Source: an uncultured Planctomycetota bacterium | GTDB taxonomy: Bacteria; Planctomycetota; Planctomycetia; Isosphaerales; Isosphaeraceae | Direction of reading: 5' to 3' | Assembly: GCA_963823665.1 (NCBI GenBank) | Contig: CAWGMQ010000008.1 | Coordinates: forward strand, 864,001 to 928,000 | DNA: 64,000 bases | Translations under genes and position numbers: made by a program | Notes under the pieces: model-generated | The model's input: the letters and a program-made list of their open reading frames with translations, nothing else | Told to the model about the DNA's origin: nothing | Database searches by the model: none | Shown here: piece after piece, positions 1 through 8,662 of the stretch | Position numbering within the stretch: the first letter of the stretch is position 1 | How the letters are laid out: each line of letters begins with the position of its first letter

Positions 1-809
1 TGGTGGGCGTATTCGATGGCCTCGCTGACGCGACGAATCAGCTCAGCCGCCGCTCTGGCCGGCAGCGGCCCCTCGGCCAGGCGCTGGGACAAGCTCTGCC
101 CCTCGACGAAACCCATCGAGAAATAATGCTGCCCCTCGTGCTCGCCGACCTCATAGATCGGCACGATGCGCGGATGGTCCAGGTTGGCCGCCGCCTGGGC
201 CTCGATGTAGAAGCGGCGGACCGCATCCTCGTCGGCAAGCTGACCGGCCAGAATCATCTTGAGCGCGACGGTGCGATTGAGGCTCACCTGGCGGGCCCGG
301 AACACGACGCCCATCCCGCCGCGGGCGATCTCGCGGATGATCTGGTAGTCGCCGAAGTAGCGGATGTGGGTCGGCTCGGATGCGCCGGGTGTGGCCGATG
401 GGTCTTGGCGGTGCACCGCGGCGGTGGGCTCGTCGTGGGCAGATCGCGGCGGGTTGCTGGGCGGAACGGTCGACTCCTCGTGAACCGACGAGGGCGGCGG
501 TGCAGGGGGGATGGTCGGCGCGTCGGCGATCGTGGAAGGGTCCGGGGCTGGCTGAGGCTCGTGAGCCGTGGGACGGCCGGCGTCGGGGCGCGCAACCGTC
601 TCGTCCGACGGGTGCAGCTCGTGATCCAGGGCCTCCAGTTCGGTGCGGAGGGCGAGCCGGCCGTCGTCAGGCACATCGAGCAGACAATCCTCGATGCACG
701 GTCGGCGTCCCTCGCGCACGTCAGCCTCAAATCGCCGGCAGACCTCGTCAATGCGGCGGGCCAGGTCGATGTTCAAGCGGCCGAGGTGCTGGCTGGGGCG
801 GTCGCTCAT
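1..809 (-). CDS. Serine/threonine protein kinase, N-terminal part (runs off window start)
   Basis: Manual minus-strand translation from ATG 809: MSDRPSQHLGRLNIDLARRIDEVCRRFE...YFGDYQIIREIARGGMGVVFRARQVSLNRTVALKMI...EAQAAANLDHPRIVPIYEVG (Gly loop, VALK lysine); the + ORF 3..887 is its antisense shadow. Confidence 0.93.
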   Translation of the reverse strand, partial: MSDRPSQHLGRLNIDLARRIDEVCRRFEADVREGRRPCIEDCLLDVPDDGRLALRTELEALDHELHPSDETVARPDAGRPTAHEPQPAPDPSTIADAPTIPPAPPPSSVHEESTVPPSNPPRSAHDEPTAAVHRQDPSATPGASEPTHIRYFGDYQIIREIARGGMGVVFRARQVSLNRTVALKMILAGQLADEDAVRRFYIEAQAAANLDHPRIVPIYEVGEHEGQHYFSMGFVEGQSLSQRLAEGPLPARAAAELIRRVSEAIEYAH

Positions 810-1097
810 CTTGATGAAGTCCTCTGTCCTCAGCCTTTCACGCCAGGGACCAACAGAAGGAGATGTTCGTTTCGCGGAGAACTGTGACATCGCATTCGCG
901 ATCAACAGCTCGCCTGGCCAGAGCGCATCATCGATTGATGGGGCCGGGCGGCGCTCGTCCACGGCGCTTCGCCGGGCAGCGTTACGCCGAGAGCGGCGCT
1001 CTTCAACACTCGGCGAACTTCGCCCCCCCGCGAGCGTACCGCTCAAATTGGTGCACGGATAGGCTCCGGCGCCGGCACAGAGCACTTCGACGTGCCT

Positions 1098-2009
1098 TCA
1101 GCCGATCGCGCCCGCCCGATCAACAGCGATCGGCTCGTTGCTGGCATCAGGGCTTGCTGCACCGTTCCCGATCCAGACCAGCGCCCGGTGGACTTGGTCG
1201 ATCGTTTCGTGAAGCGTTGAGGTGCCAGCGGTCAGCCCGACCGTGGCGAACGGCTTGAACCAGAGCGGATCGAGATCGCCCGCGGACTGAACGTGAACCG
1301 CCGGCTTGCCGCGCTCCCGGCAGCGCGCGACGAGCTGCCGCGTGTTGTTCGAGCTTCGCCCGCCAACCACCACGACGGCTTCCACTTGTTCCAGCAGTTG
1401 TTCAAGAGCCCGCTGATGATCCTTCGTCGGCAGGCACACGGTATCGACGAACTTGATTTCTGCGCTGGGATTCAGTGCCGCCACGGCGGCGCGGATCGTG
1501 GCGACCGTTCGCTCGGTCACCGTTGTCTGGCAGACGATCCCGAGTCTCGATGACTGGTACGCCGTCACTTCGTCCGGCGACTCGATGACTTCAAAATGTT
1601 CGAGATCTTCGATGATACCCTCGACCTCGACGTGCCCACGCTTGCCGATCAAGAGCACAAAATAACCCTGGGCTTGCAGCAGCGCGGCGGCTTGATGCAC
1701 ACGCTTTACCAGCGGGCAAGTGGTGTCGACGATCTCCTTACCCGCCGACCGAAGCCGGTTCCGCTCCCGGTCGCTGATCCCGTGCGCCGTGATCAAGACT
1801 GTGCCCGTTTCCGGCAAAGCCCGCTTCCGCGCTGCCTCGCTTTGGATTGCGAACCCGCGCGTCTGGAGCTGCAGTTGCACCACCTCGTTGTGCACGAGCT
1901 CTCCGTGAATCGTGACCGCACCCGGATCGGCGATCGTTTCGATCAAAGCCAGTGAGTCACGGACTCCGAAGCACATACCCAGCACATCCGCTCGAATCAC
2001 CCGCATCAA
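1098..2009 (-). CDS. ispH: 4-hydroxy-3-methylbut-2-enyl diphosphate reductase
   Basis: GMCFGV, GELVHN, TAHG, DTTCPLV, HVEVEG, DTVC, SSNNT, GLTAGTST motifs; three Fe-S Cys present. Confidence 0.93.
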   Translation of the reverse strand: MMRVIRADVLGMCFGVRDSLALIETIADPGAVTIHGELVHNEVVQLQLQTRGFAIQSEAARKRALPETGTVLITAHGISDRERNRLRSAGKEIVDTTCPLVKRVHQAAALLQAQGYFVLLIGKRGHVEVEGIIEDLEHFEVIESPDEVTAYQSSRLGIVCQTTVTERTVATIRAAVAALNPSAEIKFVDTVCLPTKDHQRALEQLLEQVEAVVVVGGRSSNNTRQLVARCRERGKPAVHVQSAGDLDPLWFKPFATVGLTAGTSTLHETIDQVHRALVWIGNGAASPDASNEPIAVDRAGAIG

Positions 2010-2155
2010 TCGCCCCCTGCCGCGCCAGAGCCAACTTTTGATCTCCAGAGATCCTCATGGTCTCCAACAGCCAGGTCGTCATCAACTTTGGATCGCAAAG
2101 TAAAAATGTGTGGAACGGCCACGCCCTTGAAGCGGGGCGTTCAGTTCGATCTGAT

Positions 2156-2557
2156 TCAGGCTGGCGACCAGCCTTCGGCGATGCTTGCGCCGGCGGCCGA
2201 GGGCGAGCTGCGTGCGGCCTGGGCGGCGTCTTTGACGACGGTTTCAAGGACGTTGATGTATTCGAAGAACCGCCGCCGTCCTTCATCGGTGACGCGGCAG
2301 AGGGTTTGGGGTCGTTTCTTGTGGAAGCCTTTCCAGATCTCGACCAGGCCGGCCTCGTAGAGGACCTGGAGGTGCCGGCTCAGGTTGCCGTCGGTGAGAT
2401 GACAGAGCTCTTTCAAGTCCGAGAAAATCACCCCTCGGGGTTGGGAAATCAGCGAGGTCATGATGCCGAGGCGGGCTTTTTCGTGGAAGACGCGCTCGAG
2501 CCCTTCATATGCGTATCGGCCGATTGATTCCTCGGTCGTGGTTTTTTGGTCAGCCAT
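2156..2557 (-). CDS. Winged-helix transcriptional regulator (ArsR/MarR-like)
   Basis: FHEKARLGIMTSL...FSDLKELCHLTDGNLSRHLQVL...TDEGRRRF; ATG 2557 overlaps the upstream gene's stop. Confidence 0.88.
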   Translation of the reverse strand: MADQKTTTEESIGRYAYEGLERVFHEKARLGIMTSLISQPRGVIFSDLKELCHLTDGNLSRHLQVLYEAGLVEIWKGFHKKRPQTLCRVTDEGRRRFFEYINVLETVVKDAAQAARSSPSAAGASIAEGWSPA

Positions 2558-3158
2558 GGTCTCTCTCCAGCGTGCAATAGAGCACGAGCGCGACCAGGAG
2601 CTGGCCGGCCCCGAAGGGAACGCCCATCGACCAGGGAGATAGGGCCGCTGGACCGTGTGCCAGCGCCAGAACGGCGAGACCGGTTCCCAGGTAGAAGACC
2701 GCCGCCCAGAACATTGGTCTGGGCAAGAGGCGGCAGGAGGCGAAAATCCCCAGTGCATACAGGATCTGCCACAAGCCGGGCAGCATCCAGAGGGATTCGG
2801 GTACGGCTCGCGCGATCACGACGGTGAGGAGTGCGCCGGCAATCAAGCACGGGCAGAATTGCTCGAGCGCAAGCCAAGTCAGCTCTTTCGTCATGGGCGA
2901 GCTCGAATTACGCGCCCGGATCATCATCTCGAGCCCGGCGGCCAGAATGCTCACGAGCGCAGCCGCGATCCAGAGCGCAAGATACGGCACGATCTGCGCG
3001 AGCGGCTCCGGAATCGTTACCAACTGGACGAACGCGGCCAGCACCGCAATTCCCCCCGAGAACGCCACCGGCATCGCGCGATAGCCGCGAAAGACTTCAT
3101 TGCGCGCGAGCTGAAGCCGGATCTCGGTGATTTGAGTCAACGCATCACGAAGTTCCAT
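2550..3158 (-). CDS. Conserved multi-pass membrane protein, first gene of regulator-ispH operon
   Basis: 202 aa, about 6 hydrophobic segments, MELRDALTQITEIRLQLAR start, coupled to the regulator gene. Confidence 0.8.
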   Translation of the reverse strand: MELRDALTQITEIRLQLARNEVFRGYRAMPVAFSGGIAVLAAFVQLVTIPEPLAQIVPYLALWIAAALVSILAAGLEMMIRARNSSSPMTKELTWLALEQFCPCLIAGALLTVVIARAVPESLWMLPGLWQILYALGIFASCRLLPRPMFWAAVFYLGTGLAVLALAHGPAALSPWSMGVPFGAGQLLVALVLYCTLERDHG

Positions 3159-3237
3159 CCCCGCTCACCCTTCGTCAATGGCCGCTACGATAAGGGAATG
3201 CGACTCCCTCCTTCATGCCGGTCCACGCATCCTTTCG

Positions 3238-3272
3238 CTTTATAGCGTAAAGTAGACTGCGGCCTCTGTCAA
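3238..3272 (-). promoter_or_regulatory. Sigma70-type promoter TTGACA-17-TACGCT overlapped by palindrome CTTTA-N5-TAAAG (probable operator)
   Basis: TTGACA at 3272-3267, TACGCT at 3249-3244, palindrome 3238-3252, about 80 bp upstream of the operon. Confidence 0.6.
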
Positions 3273-3494
3273 GCTGTAACGATTGCGTGTTGTACAAAGG
3301 CAACGAGCCATTTCGTGTCTGCCCGTGAAGACGACCAGGGATGGCTACCGCCAGCGAGCGGGCAAGGAGCCTGTTCCGACACGAGCCCTCGAAAGCGCGG
3401 CGCCGTCGGGAGTTCGCTCGTTCTCGAATCCTGGGGACTCGATCTGCGATCTTGGCGTCGGGGGGTGACCTAGATCGGCGGCTGGACGCTGAGC

Positions 3495-3910
3495 CGCCCG
3501 AGCGTCTCCGATCCGATCTCGCTGATTCGCTCATCGGGCCACTTTTCGAGGTACTGATAGCGCGGGTGCCGCGACTCCTTGTACGGGTCGTTGCGAGCGG
3601 TGTTGTAGTAGCGAATGAGGGCCCAGCGCGGCGCATCGCTGTCGTTGCGATCCGATCGGTGCAGGAGGCTTCAGTGGAAGAAGACCGCGTCGCCAGCCTC
3701 GACCTCGCAGAAGACCCGCTCGAGCCGTTGCAATGCCACCTGCACGCATTCCGGGTCGGCGCCGGTTTGATCGCCGATCGGACCGTGGTGGATCCTGCCG
3801 ATCTGGTGCGAGCCCTTGAGCACCTGAAGGCAGCCGTTGGAGCGGTTCGCCGGATCCACGGCGACCATGCAACTGGCCAGGTTCAGAAACAGGCAGCCAT
3901 TCTCATACCT
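3495..3910 (-). pseudogene. Decayed duplicate of the 3' half of the PhyH dioxygenase gene
   Basis: YENGCLFLNLASCMVAVDPANRSNGCLQVLKGSH...FFH*SLLHRSDRNDSDAPRWALI...KWPDERI is near-identical to the gene at 5885-6703; in-frame TGA 3673-3671; lacks the N-half and HQD motif. Confidence 0.88.
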
Positions 3911-4361
3911 GTAGGCGGCCGCGCGAGTTCCGTTTCTGTAAGTGAGCGGCTCACCCGTTCGCTCGCGAGCGCTGGTCGCAGCGGCAGACGCGGAATTCGA
4001 TCGGGTTCGAGGCCAGCCAGCGGCGTACGCAAGCGCACACGATGGCTGACCGAGCGCGGTACAGCGCCTGCTGTGCGCGGCGTCGGCCGCGAGGCACCCA
4101 GCAATCGCGGGACGCGAACCGGTGCGAGTCACGTGTGCCTGGCTTGCCCCGGAACCCACTCCAGAGCATGGGTGTCTCGCTCCCCCCCCAGGGTCGGCGG
4201 GAGAGCCCACGTTGGACTATCTGTGAGACCGATCATCGATTACCTTGATCTGACCATGATCGATTATTGAGAGGCGACCTCAAGCAGTACCAAGTTTCGT
4301 CTAGCGTTTCGGTGGACGAGACGCGAGCGTCGGCCGCGCCTCGGCGGGACCGGGGCTCGAG

Positions 4362-4500
4362 ATGGCCGTGGTACCCGACACGACGCCACTCAACGATCTC
4401 GTTCTTTTCGATGCGGCAGATGTGCTCCCGGTCGTGTTCGGGCGGGCGCACACGCGCGCCGCCGTCCTTTCGGCGCCGACTCCGGCGCGGAGGCCAACGA
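4362..4500 (+). pseudogene. Fragment resembling the N-terminus of a PIN-domain (DUF3368-like) protein
   Basis: MAVVPDTTPLNDLVLFDAADVLPVVFGR matches the VVsDTtPLnyL...l.lLp.lfg pattern; resemblance lost afterwards. Confidence 0.5.
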
Positions 4501-5196
4501 ATGGGCTTCGCCGAGTGGATATTTCCTCACAAGACACTCGATTCGTATCCACGAACTTATATTGGCAATATTCGTAACTTGAGGCCAGACGTCGTCAAAG
4601 TCCGAGGAAGGCTTCTCGCTTCCTTCGATGAACGCGGTCCGGGTGCACCGGAGCTTTCTCCAATGCCGCCAGGCGAACGGGTGTTTCATTGGGACGGGGG
4701 TTCATGGCCGCGGAAGGCGATCATTTGGAAATCATCGCTGTTTGATGGATATGTGCTCGGCGCCTACATTGAGGATGGTACCGGTAAAATCCCTTTGCTC
4801 CTTGCTGACGAGCCAAAGGAGCCGCTTCCTCAATCGAACAGCATCTTCAGCACCCCCCAATTCTCGGAGCGATTTGCTCTCAGCCGCGTTCGTTTTAGCG
4901 GCGCAAGTTTGGCAACCTACTGCTGGTGGTTGCAAGGCACATACCCCCTCCATAGCGGGTTGTTGCACTACTTCGCACATGGTGACGAGGTCTATCTTTT
5001 AGGCCAGGTGACGGATGTTGGTTCCCTGATCGACGCGCATGAAGCAACGAGATCTCTCCACCTACCGATTGATGTCGTGCTGAACCACCTCATGCAGGAG
5101 AATTCACTGCCGCGGCAACTTCTCGGACTGATCGCTGTGACCCCCGGGATGTTTTTCAAGCTTGGGACGAACGGCATGCTTATCAAAAAGGTATAG
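4501..5196 (+). CDS. Hypothetical protein, lower GC than flanks
   Basis: 231-aa open frame from ATG 4501 with globular-protein-like composition; no family recognised. Confidence 0.6.
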   Translation: MGFAEWIFPHKTLDSYPRTYIGNIRNLRPDVVKVRGRLLASFDERGPGAPELSPMPPGERVFHWDGGSWPRKAIIWKSSLFDGYVLGAYIEDGTGKIPLLLADEPKEPLPQSNSIFSTPQFSERFALSRVRFSGASLATYCWWLQGTYPLHSGLLHYFAHGDEVYLLGQVTDVGSLIDAHEATRSLHLPIDVVLNHLMQENSLPRQLLGLIAVTPGMFFKLGTNGMLIKKV

Positions 5197-5299
5197 CCAC
5201 ACCGATCCGGGATTACCGCCGGGAGGACACGACACGCGAACTTCCTTCAATGGGGCGACGCCGATCTCGTCATCGATCTCTCCCTCTGCTGTTCGACTC

Positions 5300-5841
5300 T
5301 CTCATCGACGAGGAGGCACTCCTGGCCACCTGCGCCTACATCGATCTGAATCCGGTCGCTGCCGGCATCGTCGATGTTCCTGAAGCAAGCCTACACACGT
5401 CGATCACCACGCGAATTGCACACGTGAAGGAACAAGGCCGAATTCCTGACCTGACCGCCGCAAAATGTGGCAGCGTGGCCGCGTCAAACGCCGCGGCCGG
5501 CCTGGAAGAATCAATCTGGCTCTGCGGAGTCGAAGATCGGCGCAAGGTCGACTCATCACGTGAAGGAATGCTCGAGGGCTTCTCGCTAGGTAACTACGTA
5601 CACCTTGTCGAATACATCGGTCGCCTCTTCCGCGACGGCAAAGCCGTCATCTCGGCCGAGGTAGCCGGAATCTTCGAACTAATCGGCTCGAGCGCCGAAA
5701 GCTGGTGGGCTCGCATCGAGAAACTGAGCAAAGGCCGCCTCCTCGGCCGATTCTTCGCCGCCAGCCGCGCGCCTGCGCGAAGTCGCCGCTCGGATAGGCG
5801 TCCACCACCTGGATAACCTCGCCGGATGTCCGGCGCGATGA
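5300..5841 (+). mobile_element. C-terminal remnant of a Y1/HUH (RAYT-like, IS200-related) transposase
   Basis: LIDEEALLATCAYIDLNPVAAG...PEASLHTSI contains the catalytic-Tyr YIDLNP motif; the N-terminal HUH part is absent; frameshift near 5770 to ...LREVAARIGVHHLDNLAGCPAR*. Confidence 0.75.
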
Positions 5842-5884
5842 CCGACACGCGCCAGCGACCGCATGAATTGCCCGTCGTAACGCG

Positions 5885-6703
5885 TTACGAGCCTATATCG
5901 CTTTCGTACTCGTCGATGATATCCTGTGACATGCGGTGCAGTTGTTCCGCTCCGATCTCCTTGATTCGGTCATCGGGCCACTTTTCCAGGTTGTGGTATC
6001 GCGGGTGCCGCGATTCCTTGTACGGGTCGTTGCGAGCGGCGTTGTAGCAGCAGATCAGTGCCCACCGAGGTGCATCGCTGTCATTGCGATTGGATCGGTG
6101 GAGCAGGTTGCAGTGGAAGAAGATCGCGTCGCCGGACTCAACCTCGCAGAGCACTCGCTCGAGACGGCCGAGCGCCACCTGTACGCGTTCCGGGTCGGCG
6201 CCGGTCTGGTCACCGATCGGACCGTGGTTGATCCGCCCGATCCGGTGCGACCCCTTGAGCACCTGAAGGCAGCCATTGGAGCGGTTCGCCGGATCGACCG
6301 CGACCATGCAACTGGCCAGTTCCGGAAACAAGCAGCCGTTCTCGTACCAGTAGCCAAAATCCTGGTGCCATTCCCAGGCCCCACCCACTCGCGGTTCCTT
6401 GAGAATCATCTTGTGGTGATAATGATACACCTCGCCGCCCAGGAGTTTTTCCATCGTATCGACGATGCGCCGGCAGCGTACGAACGCGCTGTAAATGTCA
6501 TTCCCGAGCTCATTTCGTACCGACAGCCGGATCACGCCGCCCTCGCCATCGCGGCGGCTTGCGGCCTGGGTTAGAAGCTCGTGATCGGCCCGTGCGATCT
6601 GGCTCAACAGCTTCATTTCATCGAGATCGAACAGGCGCTCGACGATCAGATAGCCGTCGCGCGAGAACTGCTCACAGAGGGTATCGCTCAGGATGAATGA
6701 CAT
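5885..6703 (-). CDS. Phytanoyl-CoA dioxygenase family Fe(II)/2-oxoglutarate dioxygenase (EctD-like)
   Basis: FSRDGYL, WHQDFGYW (HxD), GCLQVLKGSH, GDAIFFHCNLLHRS motifs. Confidence 0.92.
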   Translation of the reverse strand: MSFILSDTLCEQFSRDGYLIVERLFDLDEMKLLSQIARADHELLTQAASRRDGEGGVIRLSVRNELGNDIYSAFVRCRRIVDTMEKLLGGEVYHYHHKMILKEPRVGGAWEWHQDFGYWYENGCLFPELASCMVAVDPANRSNGCLQVLKGSHRIGRINHGPIGDQTGADPERVQVALGRLERVLCEVESGDAIFFHCNLLHRSNRNDSDAPRWALICCYNAARNDPYKESRHPRYHNLEKWPDDRIKEIGAEQLHRMSQDIIDEYESDIGS

Positions 6704-7109
6704 GGAGTGCTATTGTACCGCAGGGTGACGTTCCTAGATCAGGTGCGCGTTGTCGCAGGGGCAACGGAATGATCGCACTAACGTGCGAGGCTGGGGGTTA
6801 CCCGTCCGAACGACGGTCTGACGACCGCGGTCACGTTCCCGGGCGCGGCGAGAGACGGATCACGGGAGACGAGCACTCGCTGAGCCGAAGCGCTGGGATG
6901 CGGACATGGTGGCGGAACAGTACGAGGGGGTTTTCTGGTCGTGTTGCGGCCGGTTGTCGGTCAGGATTTCGTGAATTGGATGAGCGCGACAAAATCCATT
7001 GATTGCCAAGGCGTGGATCGCAGGAGTTGTCGGCGCAAATGATGACTGGGCGGGGTCTTGTGAGGAGTGCGACGGATGGTTGACGACGGTAAATCACGGC
7101 GTAGACACG

Positions 7110-7855
7110 CGTTTTGATTCGACCAGTTGTTCACAATTAACAAAGAAATCGCGCAAAGCCGTATCTCGTGACGTTGCAGCCGTGTCGATCGAGTGATTGC
7201 AGTTTATTTGGAGGGTTTTATTGCCGGAATCCGAAACCCGTCGCATATTATATATAGATAAGAAGTAGTCCGCGGAAGCGCGATGCTGGCGCGATGGGCG
7301 GTGTCCTCTGCCTTCCCAACTCCTCGTCGATCTCAACTCATCCTGAGAACAGCGGTCAACTTCTCGCATAGAGTGCCATTCAATGCCAGATCGTGACATG
7401 GGCAAAGAAGCTGAGATTCGCTCCGAGAACCAGGCAGGCCTTATCGCTCGGCGGTATTTCTGCGTGGCGCCGGGCAGCTTTGCCGGGTCATCAGGTGAGC
7501 GTCGGGTTTGCCGGCTGGATTCTGAACGAGCAGAAGGGGAAGAATCTCCAGTTATTGATACCATTTGTGATCATTCTGATCCATGGGGTAAGAGGCTTGT
7601 GTATCGACCCAAGCCGTCTTCACATGTGCACTTGCGGAGGGCGGCCGATCCGGATTCGGGGGTGGAGCGCGTCGCGGGGCGCTCCATGGCGATTTTGGAC
7701 CAAAGCGACATGGACACAGGAAGTTTTGGCTTCGATTTCGGACCGTGGCTCGCGATCTCGAGCGAGCGAACTCGTTCCCGTAATCCTTGTGCGGTAAGGA
7801 CGCGCGACGAATGTACAAAACGAAGTGGTCGGTCGGGGTGCACGGATGGACATCG
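7110..7855 (-). repeat. Long non-coding repeat, copy A (inverted relative to 41288-42280)
   Basis: Shares colinear blocks with the reverse complement of 41288-42280, e.g. TGACGTTGCAGCCGTGTCGATCGAGTGATTGCA, GCGCGATGCTGGCGCGATGGGCGG, GTAAGGACGCGCGACGAATGTACAAAACGAAGTGG. Confidence 0.9.
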
Positions 7856-7964
7856 AGTTTTTGGGCTCGCGTAGCGGAAATCAGTAACATTCAGAAACGC
7901 AACAACCGGGACGGTCCCGCCTTGGCCCGTGAACGGCGGCGTGCGGATGGCGGGAAGAAGAATT

Positions 7965-8003
7965 CGAGTACGAGTACGAGCACGAGTACGAGCACGAGTA
8001 CGA
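7965..8003. repeat. Hexamer tandem repeat (CGAGYA)x6
   Basis: cgagta cgagta cgagca cgagta cgagca cgagta cga. Confidence 0.9.
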
Positions 8004-8130
8004 TTCGGAATGGTGCGGTCGATCGAGTCTCCATCGACGGCCGACCGAGGCTTCCCTTTCTAGCGAAGGGTGAAACTGACTGCCCCGCCGAGTGCGGCGG
8101 CACCTGCTTTACATGGGCGGGAGGAATGCC

Positions 8131-8163
8131 GGACGCACTTTCGCGGGAGCGAAAGGCCACTAT
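8131..8163 (+). repeat. REP-like palindrome (CTTTCGC-GGA-GCGAAAG family)
   Basis: ggacgcactttcgcgggagcgaaaggccac; inverted copy at 40751-40781. Confidence 0.75.
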
Positions 8164-8662
8164 CGGCGGGCGGGAGCGTTCGGATTTGACGAAATGGCTG
8201 CGAACAGGAGGGGAAATGGGGGGTTCCGACAAAAACGCCGTCAGGCGTAAATATCGAAGGCGAAAAGAGATGTGTCAAAACGGCGTCCGAGGGCCAAGTG
8301 GGGCCGTCAGGCGTAAGTCCAATCGCAGTAAGGCGCTGACGGCCATGACGGCGTTTTTGGGGGGCGCATTCGGTTGTGTAGGGGGGGGTCTGCGGAGCCA
8401 ACTGTGCGAATGGAGGACGAAAGCTAGCGCAGGTGGTGGGCCCGCGCTCGGGACGTCGGAGGCGCCAGGCTTTACGGTGCTCTGTGACTGGGATGAGCGA
8501 ATTCCCGTGCAAGCTGGCTCGTCTTCGGTTAGACTCGAGCCCCTACGGGTCCGAGAGCGGCACCGAATCTGCTCAAACTTCTGCTGGGGATCCAGAGCAA
8601 CGCGCGGTGTTCTACAATTCTCTCGGCCTGGAAACCCGTCGGAGGACTGAGTTTCGCCCGTC

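Noticed and set aside
3..887. Plus-strand 294-aa ORF
   Set aside because: Antisense shadow of the minus-strand kinase
3671..3673. TGA at a Cys position as selenocysteine
   Set aside because: The copy lacks its N-half and start, other Cys are also lost (ICCY to IRYY), and TGC to TGA is one substitution; pseudogene is the simpler reading
3495..6350. Diversity-generating retroelement template/variable repeat pair
   Set aside because: Differences are not adenine-specific, are mostly synonymous, and no reverse transcriptase is present
7787..8650. 287-aa ORF with an STSTST tract
   Set aside because: Translation of hexamer and REP repeats; no RBS or protein-like composition
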